DNA from: the human T2T-CHM13v2.0 reference genome, Homo sapiens
NCBI RefSeq assembly: GCF_009914755.1
Contig: NC_060927.1
Direction: 5' to 3' (one strand)
DNA length: 64,000 nucleotides
Made by a program: the position numbers and the translations under genes. Shown here piece after piece: positions 1 through 12,596 of this stretch. Each line of letters opens with the position of its first letter. Position 1 is the stretch's first letter. The notes below the pieces were generated by a model. That model was not told where the DNA came from and ran no database searches. It was given only the letters and a program-made list of their open reading frames with translations.

Positions 1-479
1 CCTAATTATCTGTAAATAGAAAGTAGAGGGAGGAATGTGATAAAGATCTTGAGAAAAAAATGATAGGCCTCGATATTTGAAGTATTTTAGCTATTTATGA
101 ATTCCATGAAGCCTTCATTTGTGAATACATTATAGCAAGAGGGAAGAATTCATCAGGTTTTAAAAGAACTTGTCTCTGAAAAGTACAAAAAAGTAGATCT
201 ATACTTATCACTAAGCCCTTGAGCTCATTTCAATTAGTTATATAAAAAGAAACCAAGGTAAGCCATTTCACTCAGATGGGTTTATACATCCCTATGTGAA
301 TTAATTATAGGTTTTAGACACAATTGGACTTTTAAAATTCATGTGCATGTTGGAGATTCTTAGATTATGCAAAAGATAATGAACAATTCCATAGGTGGTC
401 TTGTTTATTGTCATATTTGCAGTTAATTTACTTCACAGTTCAGCTACCCCAAACTGAAGAGTAGTCACGTTTTCATTGT

Positions 480-610
480 CAGGGTTTTAACTTGTGGAAT
501 ATGGATGAACTTCAGCTGGGTCCTGGGGCTTTCCTAAAATTAGACACGAAATATTGAATGTACGTACATTTTCCTGAAAAGAGTTCCATGGCTTTCAAGA
601 AACTCTCATT
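480..610 (+). mobile_element. MER103-like hAT-Charlie DNA transposon fragment
   Basis: cagggttttaacttgtggaatatggatgaacttcagctgggtcc...gagttccatggctttcaagaaactctca resembles the recalled MER103C 5' half; highly diverged. Confidence 0.5.
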
Positions 611-2149
611 GCCCACCACTTTCCTTGTTGAGATGACCATTATCTGCAGCTACAAGCTGGCTTTCAAAAGTAGTAATTTTAGTGCATTTTGACTTGGTGA
701 AAATGACCTTGTCATACAGCTGTGGCTTAAAAAAAAAAGCATTGTCTACTGTACACTTTTATTCAAGAATTTCTTCATTTATTTTTAAAATCAAAGCAGT
801 CATGCAATTCCTGTGGTAGATGATTTGAGGTACTTTGATTTTGTAACTTGTAAAGAAGAGAAAAAAAAAGCGCTTTGAAATCACAAGGTTTTTATTTGGA
901 GAGTTGATGAAAACTGGTTCTCCCAATGCAGTAGGCAAAAAAGCCTTCTAACCTTGGAATCTGACTTATTTTTTCTATTCTGTGAGATAGAAATAGCAAT
1001 TTCTAAGCTCTGATAAATCTTCATAAAATAAGTTTTAATAAATGACTAATTTAGAAATAAAGGCATAAAAGAAACATAGTCCCACCAATATTTAATCCAT
1101 GCTGTGAACTGAAATGTTGTCATCAGGTACAAATATGGTAAATTGAACATCCACTGACATATTTTCCAGATATGCAAAAGCTTGGGAGGAGACAGGTCTG
1201 ATTATAATCATGACTTCAATAAATTAACTATTCTCCACTTTGTCTTGATACTTGTGATGAGCTACCTTTTATACAAAAATACGTAAATTAATGTATGTAA
1301 AAGAGAAATTACTAGACTATTATACCATAACATTTTATACATTAAACAAGTAGGATTATCTATATCTATGTATATGAGAGAGATACATGGAGATATAGAT
1401 ACAGAAATTTACTTATGTATAACTCCTTAGAAAAAGGACTCGATTTTTTATTTCTATATATTTCTTTGGGTAGAAGTTTACATTTCTTCTAACTGAAGTA
1501 AAATGTTGTATTCAAACAATTTTAGTTTTTCAAACTAATTAGACAAATCTGAATTGTTTGGTTCTTACAAAAATAGGCAATTTCCAAATTTCAGTACCCT
1601 TTTTCATTCACAAATATCACCTGTCTATATTTTACTTTCACACACTAAACTTTGCATTTTTGCGTCTATAGAATTTATGAACAATAGTTTGAGGAAATGG
1701 TCGCAGTGAGGGGTGAACTAACTGAAACCTTAATTTCGTTGATTCCACTATTTCTTTCCCGCTGTTCATCAACTTTAATTCTGGTTTATATCATACACAG
1801 TTTAGATTCCATAGCGTTTGTAATTAATCGCTTACATTTACACTCTATTTGCTTGTCTCTTTCTCCTGCATCTGACTTGTTGGCAAAACTCCAACACTAG
1901 ATCTATGTAAACCCCTACCTTCTCCACAACCACACCCCAACAGTAAAACATTCTTTAAAACAATTACTCAACAAAACTGATTGCTTTTATTTTAAATTCT
2001 TTATCACATTCCTCAAATGTTATATTATGTTTCTTTTAGGGACTCACAATTTCCATCCCTTTTGTGGCTATTTTATTTAATTGTTTCTCCTTAAAGCATT
2101 CTCTCAGGAAATTAGGGTGTGTTATCAGCAAAGTCCCCTATATCTCTAC

Positions 2150-2448
2150 TCATTTCTCAAGGTCCTCATACTTCCTGCTCTGAACAAATCCTTTTTCCTC
2201 TCTATGTCTCTAATCTAGAGAGTGTCTCTGCTACTTCAAATCTCTCTGACCTCTTTTAAATAACTCACTAGATTAGATCGGTCCTTTCAGGATAACCCCA
2301 TTTTGATTATCTTAAAGTCAATTTATTGGAGATTTGAAATACCTCTGCAAAATCCCTTCAACTTTGCCTTGCAGGCTAACTCAATTATAGGAGTAATATT
2401 CCATTATATTAATAGTCCCCATTCTCACTTAAAAGCATGGGATTACAT

Positions 2449-2484
<36 letters not shown>

Positions 2485-2541
2485 TGGTGGAGGGGAGAGG
2501 TGGGTATCCTCATATCATTTTAGAATTCTATCATTACCACA
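2150..2541 (-). mobile_element. MLT1E-like MaLR LTR (5' part), contains (TG)n
   Basis: Minus strand starts TGTGGTAATGATAGAATTCTAAAATG and includes ggggattttgcagaggta...ttgactttaagataatcaaaatggggttatcctg, matching the MLT1E-family 5' end; left boundary approximate. Confidence 0.7.
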
Positions 2542-2622
2542 GACACCCACTGCCCAAGGTAACTCTGTGGTAATGATAGAATTCTAAAATGATATGAGGA
2601 TACCCACCTCTCCCCTCCACCA
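2485..2622. repeat. Perfect inverted repeat: 59-bp arms, 20-bp spacer, extended by (TG)n/(CA)n
   Basis: 2485-2543 is the exact reverse complement of 2564-2622; spacer cacccactgcccaaggtaac. Confidence 0.95.
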
Positions 2623-2694
2623 CACACACACTCACACACACACAAACACACACACACATACACACACACACACACAAACACATATACCCTGTAT

Positions 2695-2900
2695 AGAGGG
2701 GAACAACACACAATGGGGCCTTCTGGAGGGTAGAGATTGGGAGGTGGGAGAAGATCAGGAAAAATAAGAGTACTAGGTTTAACACATGGGTGGTAAAATA
2801 ATCTGTACAGCAAACCCCAATGACATAAGTTTACCCTAATAACAAACCTGCACATGTACCCCAAACTTAAAAGAAAAGTTAAAAAAAGGAAAAAAGAAAA
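2695..2900 (+). mobile_element. L1PA (older, ~L1PA10-16) 3' end with A-rich tail
   Basis: gaggggaacaacacacaatgggg...ataatctgtacagcaaacccc...aacaaacctgcacatgtaccccaaacttaaaa followed by an A-tract. Confidence 0.85.
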
Positions 2901-3339
2901 TTTCTTGAGAACAAAAATAAAATAATAAAAATTGAGTAGAAAATAATAATTAGAATACATTGAAATATGTTGAGTTTGTAATAAACCATGTATCTATGAT
3001 ACTTAAATTTAAGTTTTAGGATACATAGAGGTAATGTTAATTTCAAAATAAGTAAATGTAATGAACATATTCAACATTTTATAAATGTTACTATATATTG
3101 TTTATAATTTTTAATAATTAAGGAATCAATATTAATTATCTTATTAATTTTAATAAGTAAAGGGTGTGTGTGCATACGCATATTTTGTTTCTTATATTAC
3201 AATCTTTATTTATAAAGTGTAACTATGTCTTTATTTATCTTCATATAATTAGCAAAAACAGTTTCAGAGATTACTGTTTTACACCTTTAATCTTGTGAAC
3301 CATTCAGCAACCCCCAACTCTACTCAAAGTACTTAAGTT

Positions 3340-3908
3340 TGCAGCCTACAATAGCTGGTTCCATAACATATATGCTCAGTAACATAACAATACACTGAGA
3401 CAGCAGGTTTTGCAGCAGAGAAAAATTGTAATGATTGCAAAGCAGCCAAGACAGGAAATGGGAAGGACCCTCAATGCGTCTCCCTGAGGAGTTTTGGGCT
3501 GGAGTATTATGGGGCATTAGAAAATTGGGGTCATTGGTCAGGGGAAGGGGGATGAAATCATCATGATATGGAGACTGCATTCTTTGGTGATTAAGCTTCT
3601 TGTGGGGTCCTTCAGACCAGTTGACATCAGTAGTTTCACTGGTATGTGTGACCTGAGAGAATATCTCAAATGAAAAACTTAACATTTCATAATGTTCACG
3701 TTGTTATCTATAGAACAGTTAAGTGGAACTGTTATCTAGGGTCTACAGGATTCTAGGATAATAGGCACCAAATACCTATGAGGAAGCACGTCAGAGAGCA
3801 AGCTGGCCTAATGATTAATGCTGAGTGTGCTGCAAGCTCTGTTTACTTTCATTTCTCTCCTTCCCTTCCTCCTTGATTAATTTTATAAAGTTGTTAGGAA
3901 TGGTTTCA
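3340..3908 (-). mobile_element. ERV1 (MER4-group) solo LTR, subfamily unassigned
   Basis: Minus strand begins TGAAACCATTCC; contains LTR8/MER39-group-like blocks (gagaaaaattgtaatgattgcaaagcagccaag, ggatgaaatcatc, gttatctatagaacag). Confidence 0.7.
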
Positions 3909-3929
3909 CTCACATTTCATAACCTCATT

Positions 3930-6450
3930 TCTGACTTAACTGAGAGGATGGAAGGAATCCAAAAATATACTACCCCCTTAAAACTAATAAAATAAACCAA
4001 CTCTCAACTACCTGCCTTTCTATTGATGTGCTGCTTCTGTTTCTACTGAAGACAGCTCCCCTAGATATACACCATCTATCTCATCCCCTGTCATCTAGGG
4101 GGATAATTTTTCCCCATTGATTACCTTGGATCTCTCCTAAATCATGCTTCTTTCCTGTATATGGTCTAAGTACTCTGGCATGCCAGGATGCTATAATACC
4201 TCCAAACTTAAACAAATTAAAGCATCTTTTCCCTTTCATTACAGTCCTCCATTCGTCTGCTCCCTTTTATAGCAAAATTTATCCCAAAAAAATCCAAAAT
4301 GCTTTCTGGGCCTATCCCAATCAGACTCCTTCCCACCAACCTTCTGGAGCCTCCCTCTTCAGTCATTAAGAACCTCCATCTTGCCAAGTCCCAGTGTTTG
4401 ATTCTCAGCCTGTATTTGAACTTGCTGCCTTATTGTAATAAGAAAATTAGGAATCAATTCTTCCCTTCTTATGAATTCATCCTTCCCTTGAATCATAAGA
4501 CACTTCATTTTCTTTCCTGTCCTCCTATCTCCATGGCTTTCCCAATCTCCTTTGTTGTTTCCTCCACTTTTCCTTTTTTGGTTGTTTAAAGCTATATTTC
4601 TGTAGGGTGCAGTGCTTGTCTTTCTTTTCACTATTCCATCTATAGTTACTTTCTAAATTATCTCATTCAGTCACATAGTTTTATTTTGAATAAACCATGT
4701 ATATGCTAATGACATCCATATTTATCTCTCTCAGTCCTGAGCTCTAGTTATAACTCATCCAGAGCAGAACTCTTGATTCCCTGTCCCCTTAAGCCTCAAT
4801 TTTTCTCGTCTCTATAAGTGGCATTCTCACTCACTCAGTTTTTTTTTGTGTGTGTGTGATAAAAACTGATTCCTTTAATTTTCTTCCACCATATATCTAG
4901 GACATCAACTAGACTGATCAACTGCTTTAAAATACAAGCTGGGTATGACAAGCAATTTCCACTTTCACCAAATCTCTCCTAATCCAAACTTGCAGACCCT
5001 TTCTAAGAAGGGGTAGTCCTTTAAAAATGTGTATCAGAACATTATCACTTCCTACTTAAGCCCCAAACTTAGAACACAACACAAGACCGGTTAGCTTTGC
5101 AAGTCTGTGATTTCAGTGCTCACCTTTTTCTCCTTGATCCCTTTGATCTAAACCAGGTTACCCATTTCCAGCTCTGGGCCTTTGCGCTTGCTGTCACTCC
5201 TGTCTAAAACATGCATCTGTCTAAAGCACTCATCTGTCTAAAACACATCATCTGTCTGAAGCACACATCTGTCTAAAACACACATCTGTCTAAAGCACAC
5301 ATCATATGTCTAAAGCACACATCTGTCTAAAGCACACATCATCAGTCTAAAACACACATCTGTCTAAAGCACACATCTGTCTAAAACACACATCTGTCTA
5401 AAGCACACATCATATGTCTAAAGCACACATCTGTCTAAAGCACACATCATCTGTCTAAAACACACATCTGTCTAAAGCACACATCTGTCTAAAACACACA
5501 TCTGTCTAAAGCACACATCATATGTCTAAAGCACACATCTGTCTAAAGCACACATCATCTGTCTAAAACAGACATCTGTCTAAATCACACATCTGTCTAA
5601 AGCACACCTCTGTTTAAAACACTCATCTGTCTAAAACACACATCTGTCTAAAGCACACATCATCTGTCTAAAACAGACATCTGTCTAAATCACACATCTG
5701 TCTAAAGCACACCTCTGTTTAAAACACTCATCTGTCTAAAACACACATCTGTCTAAAGCACACATCATCTGTCTAAAACACATATCTGTCTAAAGCACAC
5801 ATCTGTCTAAAACACACATCTGTCTAAAGCACACCTTTTTAAAACACACATCTGTCTAAAGCACACATCTGTCTAAAACACACATCATCTGTCTAAAACA
5901 CACATCTGTCTAAAGCACACATCTGTCTAAAACACACATTTGTCTAAAGCACACATCATCTGTCTAAAGCACACATCTGTCTAAAGCACACATCTGTCTA
6001 AAACACACATATGTCTAAAGCACACATCATCTGTCTAAAACACACATTTGTCTAAAACACACACCTTGATCCCTTTGATCTTGAACACGTTTAGCCCATT
6101 CCCACCTCAGGGCCTTTATAGTTGCTGACTTCTGTCTGAAACACACATCCCTAGGTCACCACATGGCTAATTCTTACTTTCCTTAATATTCACTCAAATA
6201 TCACATCATCAGGGAGACCTTCCCTGACCAGATGCTAAAATACCACTTCATCCCCAATCACACTCTGATCTTTTTCCAACTTTTATTATTTCTTCATGGC
6301 ACTTTCCCATTACTCATAATCTTATTTTTATACTAACTGGTTTACTTGTAGCATTTTTCTAAAATTAGAACTGAAGTCCAAAAGGGTGGGGGCTTCTTCC
6401 TACATGCTTGTGATAGATGACCAAAAAACATTTGTTGAGTTGATGAATAG
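3930..6450 (-). mobile_element. Fragmented L2 LINE hosting the 17/20-bp minisatellite
   Basis: L2 hallmarks: ctccatcttgccaagtcc, gcctttgcgcttgctgt, aaatatcacatcatcagggagaccttccctgacc, aaaacatttgttgagttgatgaat. Strand follows my reading of the L2 convention and is uncertain. Confidence 0.6.
5201..6063. repeat. Minisatellite, 17-bp unit CATCTGTCTAAA(A/G)CACA with a 20-bp (+CAT) variant, ~48 units
   Basis: Directly visible tandem array. Confidence 0.97.
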
Positions 6451-9129
6451 TACAATGTAGCACACCATAGAATAGAAACCTGCTTTGAGTTGAAAGGCAT
6501 ACACCATTTACTCAACATTTAAGACCATGTTTCTCCAAGGTCCCCGACCCTACCGTGTGTTGGGTCCTCTTAGCTTTGCTGTGTCTTCCCTCTTCACTAT
6601 TTTTCTTCCCCCTTTCCTCTGTGCAATAGTCAGAAAAATATCTTCAAAATCCTTGTGACCTTATTATAAAATTAATCACCATCCCAGACTACTTCTTGAG
6701 GCCCTCATTCATATAACTAAAACAGTCCATTAAGAAATCTTCATAAATGAGAGTCTCTCATCCCTAGCAGAGATTATGCTAGTTTCCTATAATGCTCATA
6801 TGGAAATCTTTATCTCTCTCTCTTTCCCCACCTCTCTCTTCCTGTCCCTTGTTTTTTCTTTCCCCTCTAAAATGGGATACATATAATAGAGATATGCCAA
6901 GGCTGGCTGCTCAGTGAGGCACCAGAGCCACCAGGGCATGCTGTCTCCTTGGGCGGTCTATTTCAATTTCCAAAGCTCTAATTTTAAGAATGCTCTTTTT
7001 ATATGATGAGCTAATATTTGCCAGGCTATAGCTTTGATCCATTGGTCCTATTTCTGCTGGCTGGGGCTCCTAAACATATCAATTTCCTGAGCAGAAATAG
7101 AACAGCTGCTTAACACCTCCCATATGCTATTGCTTTATATAGTTGAAAATTGTAAATCCCCCAGACTCCAGAACCTCAACTATGTACTTTGTGAGCCTTC
7201 TGTTCTCTGTTGTAAATAAATTCAGTTCCATAGCCTTTCCTCAAATGATCCATTTTCCAAACACTTGATTACGTCTTTTACTGAACTCAAGAGAGGGGAC
7301 AAAACCTTTCCTGATCAACTCATCCATTTCTGTCTTTGTTATTATTATGTATCATCATCATCATCATCATCGGAAGGAAATATAGTTTAATGCAGTTACT
7401 TGTGAATTCTCATTTTGATAATTTATTTGGTTGCTACTTTAAAAAATAAAAACATGAGTATTGATTCATCCAATAAACATTATCAAACGTCTCACTAGAC
7501 ATAAAATACTATGCCAATATTAAAATAAGCATAAGACATCACCACTGATCTTGAAAAGTTTAGTTTCATTTGTGAAACTACTAAATTTTTCTAATGAGCT
7601 TTAAAAGGCCATTTAACTTCTTTGGTGGCCAGTGTTGTTGGTAAAGGCCATGTGCGGTGTTTAGCAACATCCTTAATGCACTTCCAGGGTTATGATGCCC
7701 CAGGGCTGAACTGAGGGAGCTAAGCCATCAGGCTATCTCCCTAGTGATAGGTCCTGCACTTTGACCCTCTCTGGGTAAATGGCAGCTGCATTCATTTCAT
7801 TAACTTGTGGGTTATAAGTTAATTTAGGGGGAAAATGCTATTATAGATTTGGATGAGTTCCATTAAACTCCATTAAAACTTTGACTGTAGGATGCATTAA
7901 TAGAGCTTCAAATTCAGTCAATCAAAAGATTGATGGAGTATATAGAACACAACATTAAATGGAATATTTGATATGAACTAGTAAATCTTTCAGAGGAATT
8001 CTATGGAGATTTTGTGAGTATACATTTATTTAATATATGTATTTTTTTCAATTGTAGGTAGGGATTTGGGGATTGTCCTTCTAATGTGTGCATTTGTGTT
8101 AATGTTTATGAATTAAAATAGTATAAAATATTTGATTAGAGTTCTCTTTGCAATTCTTCTGTGAGGAATCAGTTTATCATTTAAGCCCCCAGTGAATTCT
8201 TACAAATTGGCATTGTCTAACATTGTGTTAATTAAGGAAGGTATATGAAGATCTTTGAAATTATAAATACCTTTAAAGTTTTAGGAAGGGAACTAACTTC
8301 TCTTATATTTCAGGAAGTCACCAGCACTTCTAATCACATTTTATTCACTCAATACAATTATTCAGATAAATATTGCTTTTTATTGTTTCCATTTTACATT
8401 TGGAAAAAATTGAGACTCCAAAATCGATGTCAATTACCAATATAATTTAACAAAGTCAGTATTTAAATTTAGATCTGCCTTCTTCTAAATTCCAGAAATA
8501 GAACAGCTGCTATTAATTTAACATATCAGTCTTTGGCCAGTGATGATTATAATATGATAATGCAACCTGAGTTCTTACAATGTGTTATTAGTTAACTATG
8601 AGTAAATTAATATAATAGTAAACAAATAAATCTCTTGTGGATTTCAGTCCCATGAAAACCTAATTCAAGAGTGAATAGTATGTAAAGTAAGGGAAAGAGA
8701 TAATGTCTATTATTATACTCTTGAGAGGACTCACATTTGAGGAAACATTTTTCTTTACAGTGTGTGGAGCAAGCTGCATCCCAGAGAGTTTAAATAATTT
8801 TCCATAGCTTCACAGCTGGTAAAACACAGAAATGAAATTCAAACATTCTTCTACCTGTCCCTTAAAACTTGCTCTTTTCATACCAGCAGAAATGACTTAT
8901 GTTTGACTTCCGTTTCATCTTAAGGATAATCAAGTGAATGGATGCACAAACATTAATTAGGGAAAAGCATTGAGTTTTTTGTTGTTGTTGTTGTATTGGT
9001 GGTTTTGTTTTGGTCTTTTTGTTTTGGAGATGTGATGAAAACATAACCAAGAAAAGAACCCTAAACCAAAATTTATCCTGGATGGTCTTTTTAAAATAAA
9101 AATCACACATATTCAAATATCTTCTTTGT

Positions 9130-9480
9130 TTTAGTTGGGATGAGTAGGGCATGCTACAGAAGACGAACCTTACAATCCTCATGGCTTAACATAAAATGGG
9201 TTTGTTTTTCCCTCACATGGAGCCCAATGTGGATTAGTTTGTCCGTCTTCAAAACATTATTCAAATTCCATCTTTTAGCTATGTCATCTAGAACTCAAGC
9301 TTCTAAAGTCCCTACAGAGAGATCTTGGGATTTAAGTAAGATGATTTTAAACACCAGGCCTGAAAATGACTTGCATCACTTTTATTCACATCTTGTCATC
9401 AAGAACCAGAGTGAGTAGCCCCAACACAACTGCAGAGGAAGCTGGTGCCTCCACAAGAGCATATGGATATATTGATAGTA
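9130..9480 (-). mobile_element. Old MLT1 (K/L-like) LTR fragment
   Basis: atggcttaacataaaatgggtttgtttttccctcacat and ccaggcctgaaaatgacttgcatcacttttattcacat...aactgcagaggaagctgg. Confidence 0.5.
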
Positions 9481-10519
9481 CTTCGAGCCTATAACGTATT
9501 TCAAGAAGAACTTCAAGAAGTTCTTTAACAGATTCCTCTGCTTGCCAGTTACCTAATACACATTCCTAGGTGAACTGGACACATAAATGCAATCAGAAAA
9601 ACATATGCCAATATTGTGTGCTAAGTCAAAAGGAGATAATATGAAATGTTTTAAGGGGGAAGTTGGAGATACATGAACAGATATTTCCAAATCAGAACCG
9701 CGCTTTGGTAACGTTGTTTAAAAGTAGCAGCAGCTTCCTCAGAAAAAGAATGTGATTCAAGTTTGGCATGCCTTCTTTTTCATTGCTTAGATTCTTCATC
9801 TTTGAAGAAAAAGCTAATATTCATGAATATATGATTTTGAGTCATCAGGATAAAACTAATATATTTGTGCAGCCATGAAGGCATTTGTGGGATGAGTCAG
9901 TGAAAAATTCAGGGGTTTTTAAGATGATTACACTACCTTGGAAAGATTAGATAGAAAAGTTCACGAGAGCACAACAAGTACAGACTAATCAAATACCAAA
10001 AGGATTTCAAGGTGCTCTGAAGGTGGATAAAATAAACAGAGATTTGAGAGAAGATTCTCATTGCCAATGACAAGATAACTATTTAGAAATTCCTTTGTCA
10101 GCTGAGCCAGTTCCAGATTGGATTATTATTGGGGAGTAGCGGAGGAATTGAGATTTGAGTATATTTGATTACATTTTTTCAATGTACTCTGCTTTCTATT
10201 ATATATAAAAAGAGAATCAGCAATTATGACCACTGAAAGTAAATTACGCCACTAAATTGCAACTAGTCTTCAAACATTCTGGAAATATTATGATGTTTAA
10301 CCATCTTCTCAATTTTATTTTAAAACAAATAGACATATTTTCCAGGCAGACAAATATGTATTTTAAGGGTAATGACACCAACATACTGATTTTCTTTTCA
10401 GCAACTGTTGACTTTTTGGTTGAATTTCTACTTTCTGGACAAATATATATTGTGGTTATTTCAGTGTCATGATTCACAGCTTGAAAAGTCACGCTTGATT
10501 GAGAACACAGATAAAAAAT

Positions 10520-11290
10520 CTGAATTGGATGATTGAAAATGCCATATTAAAGATATCCGAAAAACTGGCAGATAAAGGGAAATATTTGTCCTGTTTTTCT
10601 ATGTGAACAGTGCCATTAACCCAATAGTACCGAAGAAGTGTCCCTTTGTAAAAAGATCACAGGTAATACATTAAAAATAAATGTCAAAATTAGAATGTTG
10701 CTGTTTTGCAATCCCCAATGAACTAATAAAAAATAGGCCTAAATATTGATGGCTTCGATATCACTAAAAGAAAGACAATTTAACATTATGTGCCTACTGA
10801 TGAAAGAACACAACGCCAACTATATTCTCAGAAAAGAGACTGAACCTCAATCTGATCCTGTTGATGGATCCAGGTTCCAATCTGCCAGATATGCAGAGAA
10901 CCGTGAGAATGCAAATCAGCAAAATAGACTATGAAAAATGCTACTGGAAAAGAAAAAAATGGAGAGAAACAGACTTAAAAGATAGAACAAAGTTTACAAT
11001 GGGGAAAATTAAATTATAATGTTTGTGAAAGTACATTCAGGTGATAAATCGATTTAACAAATAAAACCAAACAAGAAGGGATTACAAGAAAAGTCATAAC
11101 AGAGGCTGCTTTTGGAGGGAGAGGAGGAGATGTGATTCAGATTTGGTCCATGAAAGCGTTTTCTAGGATGGGTAACAAAGTTCTTTCTTGACATGAGCTG
11201 CAGGTGCAAGTTTGCACGTCTTTAACTAATTCATTAAGCCATGTGTATTTTTTTGGGTGTTTTTCTTTGTCTATTTTACCATAATATGAT
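10520..11290 (+). mobile_element. Old L1M (L1MC/ME-type) 3' UTR fragment
   Basis: cattatgtgcctactgatgaaagaacacaac, tgaacctcaatctgatc, aagttctttcttgacatgag, taattcattaagccatgt are typical of L1MC/ME 3' ends. Confidence 0.55.
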
Positions 11291-12224
11291 TCTAAACCGC
11301 ATTTTATAAATATTCAATGTAAAGAATATCTGTAATCCTCTGAAACGTTAACAAAGATGCATGTAAATGGTATTACTGTCACTTAAATGTATCGCAAGGC
11401 AAACTTAATTGTAAGAGTACTTGGTGTGATTTCTTCAACCCCTTTGTCTGTAGGCAATTTTCCTTTCTACCTTTCCCTGTCAAAGAAACTAGTTGGTTAT
11501 ATATATTTTTTCATCCAAAAGACATATTGATTTTACTAGGAGGCTAAATGATACCATTTTGCTTCTCCCTGCCTGTTTCTTCTCTAAGATTCTAAATTTC
11601 AGATCTATCATTTTTGACAATTTTTTTTTTGCCTGCCTTGTGATTTCCCCCTAGTAGTTTAAATGCCCTTTAGGATTACTTTTTCTGAATCAGAACATCG
11701 TAAGTGCTGTATTACATATTATAGAAGGAGATGAGCTTTTAAGAAAGCAGCCATATTCTTGTAAGAGAACCATACACTGAAAATACAAAGTAATAAGAAA
11801 GTAAGAGGAAGATTTCTTCTATGTGCTTAAAGTGACAGAAAAAAAAAGCATTTCAAAGGTTATTTGTCTAGCCTACACATTAAAGTTATTTATCAGACTG
11901 CAAAAGAAGCCATATAGTACAAACTGGAACAAAACTGGTGTATCTGTAGATATGTTATGGACTCCTCATTACACAGGTCCTTTCTGAATTGGACCCCAGA
12001 ATTGGAATTTATAAATATAAATCAGTTTCTGTCATCATATATATCAAGGCATGTAAAAGTGAGTTGAAGCCTTCTCTGTGTTAAGTGTAAGGAAAGGAGG
12101 CAAAAGGTACAATTGTGTTTGTCAATGCCAAAATCTTATGGCATGTCAGACCTTGAGCTCAATAACAGCCTTAACAAGTGATACCCCACAATTATAGAAT
12201 TAACGAACTTTAGAAGAAACAGTT

Positions 12225-12596
<372 letters not shown>

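Noticed and set aside
2485-2622. miRNA or other ncRNA gene call for the hairpin
   Set aside because: No recognised mature sequence and no expression evidence; reported only as a structure.
2303-2960. Two opposite-strand ORFs sharing GGGERWVSSYHFRILSLPQ
   Set aside because: Artifact of the palindrome and the TG repeats.
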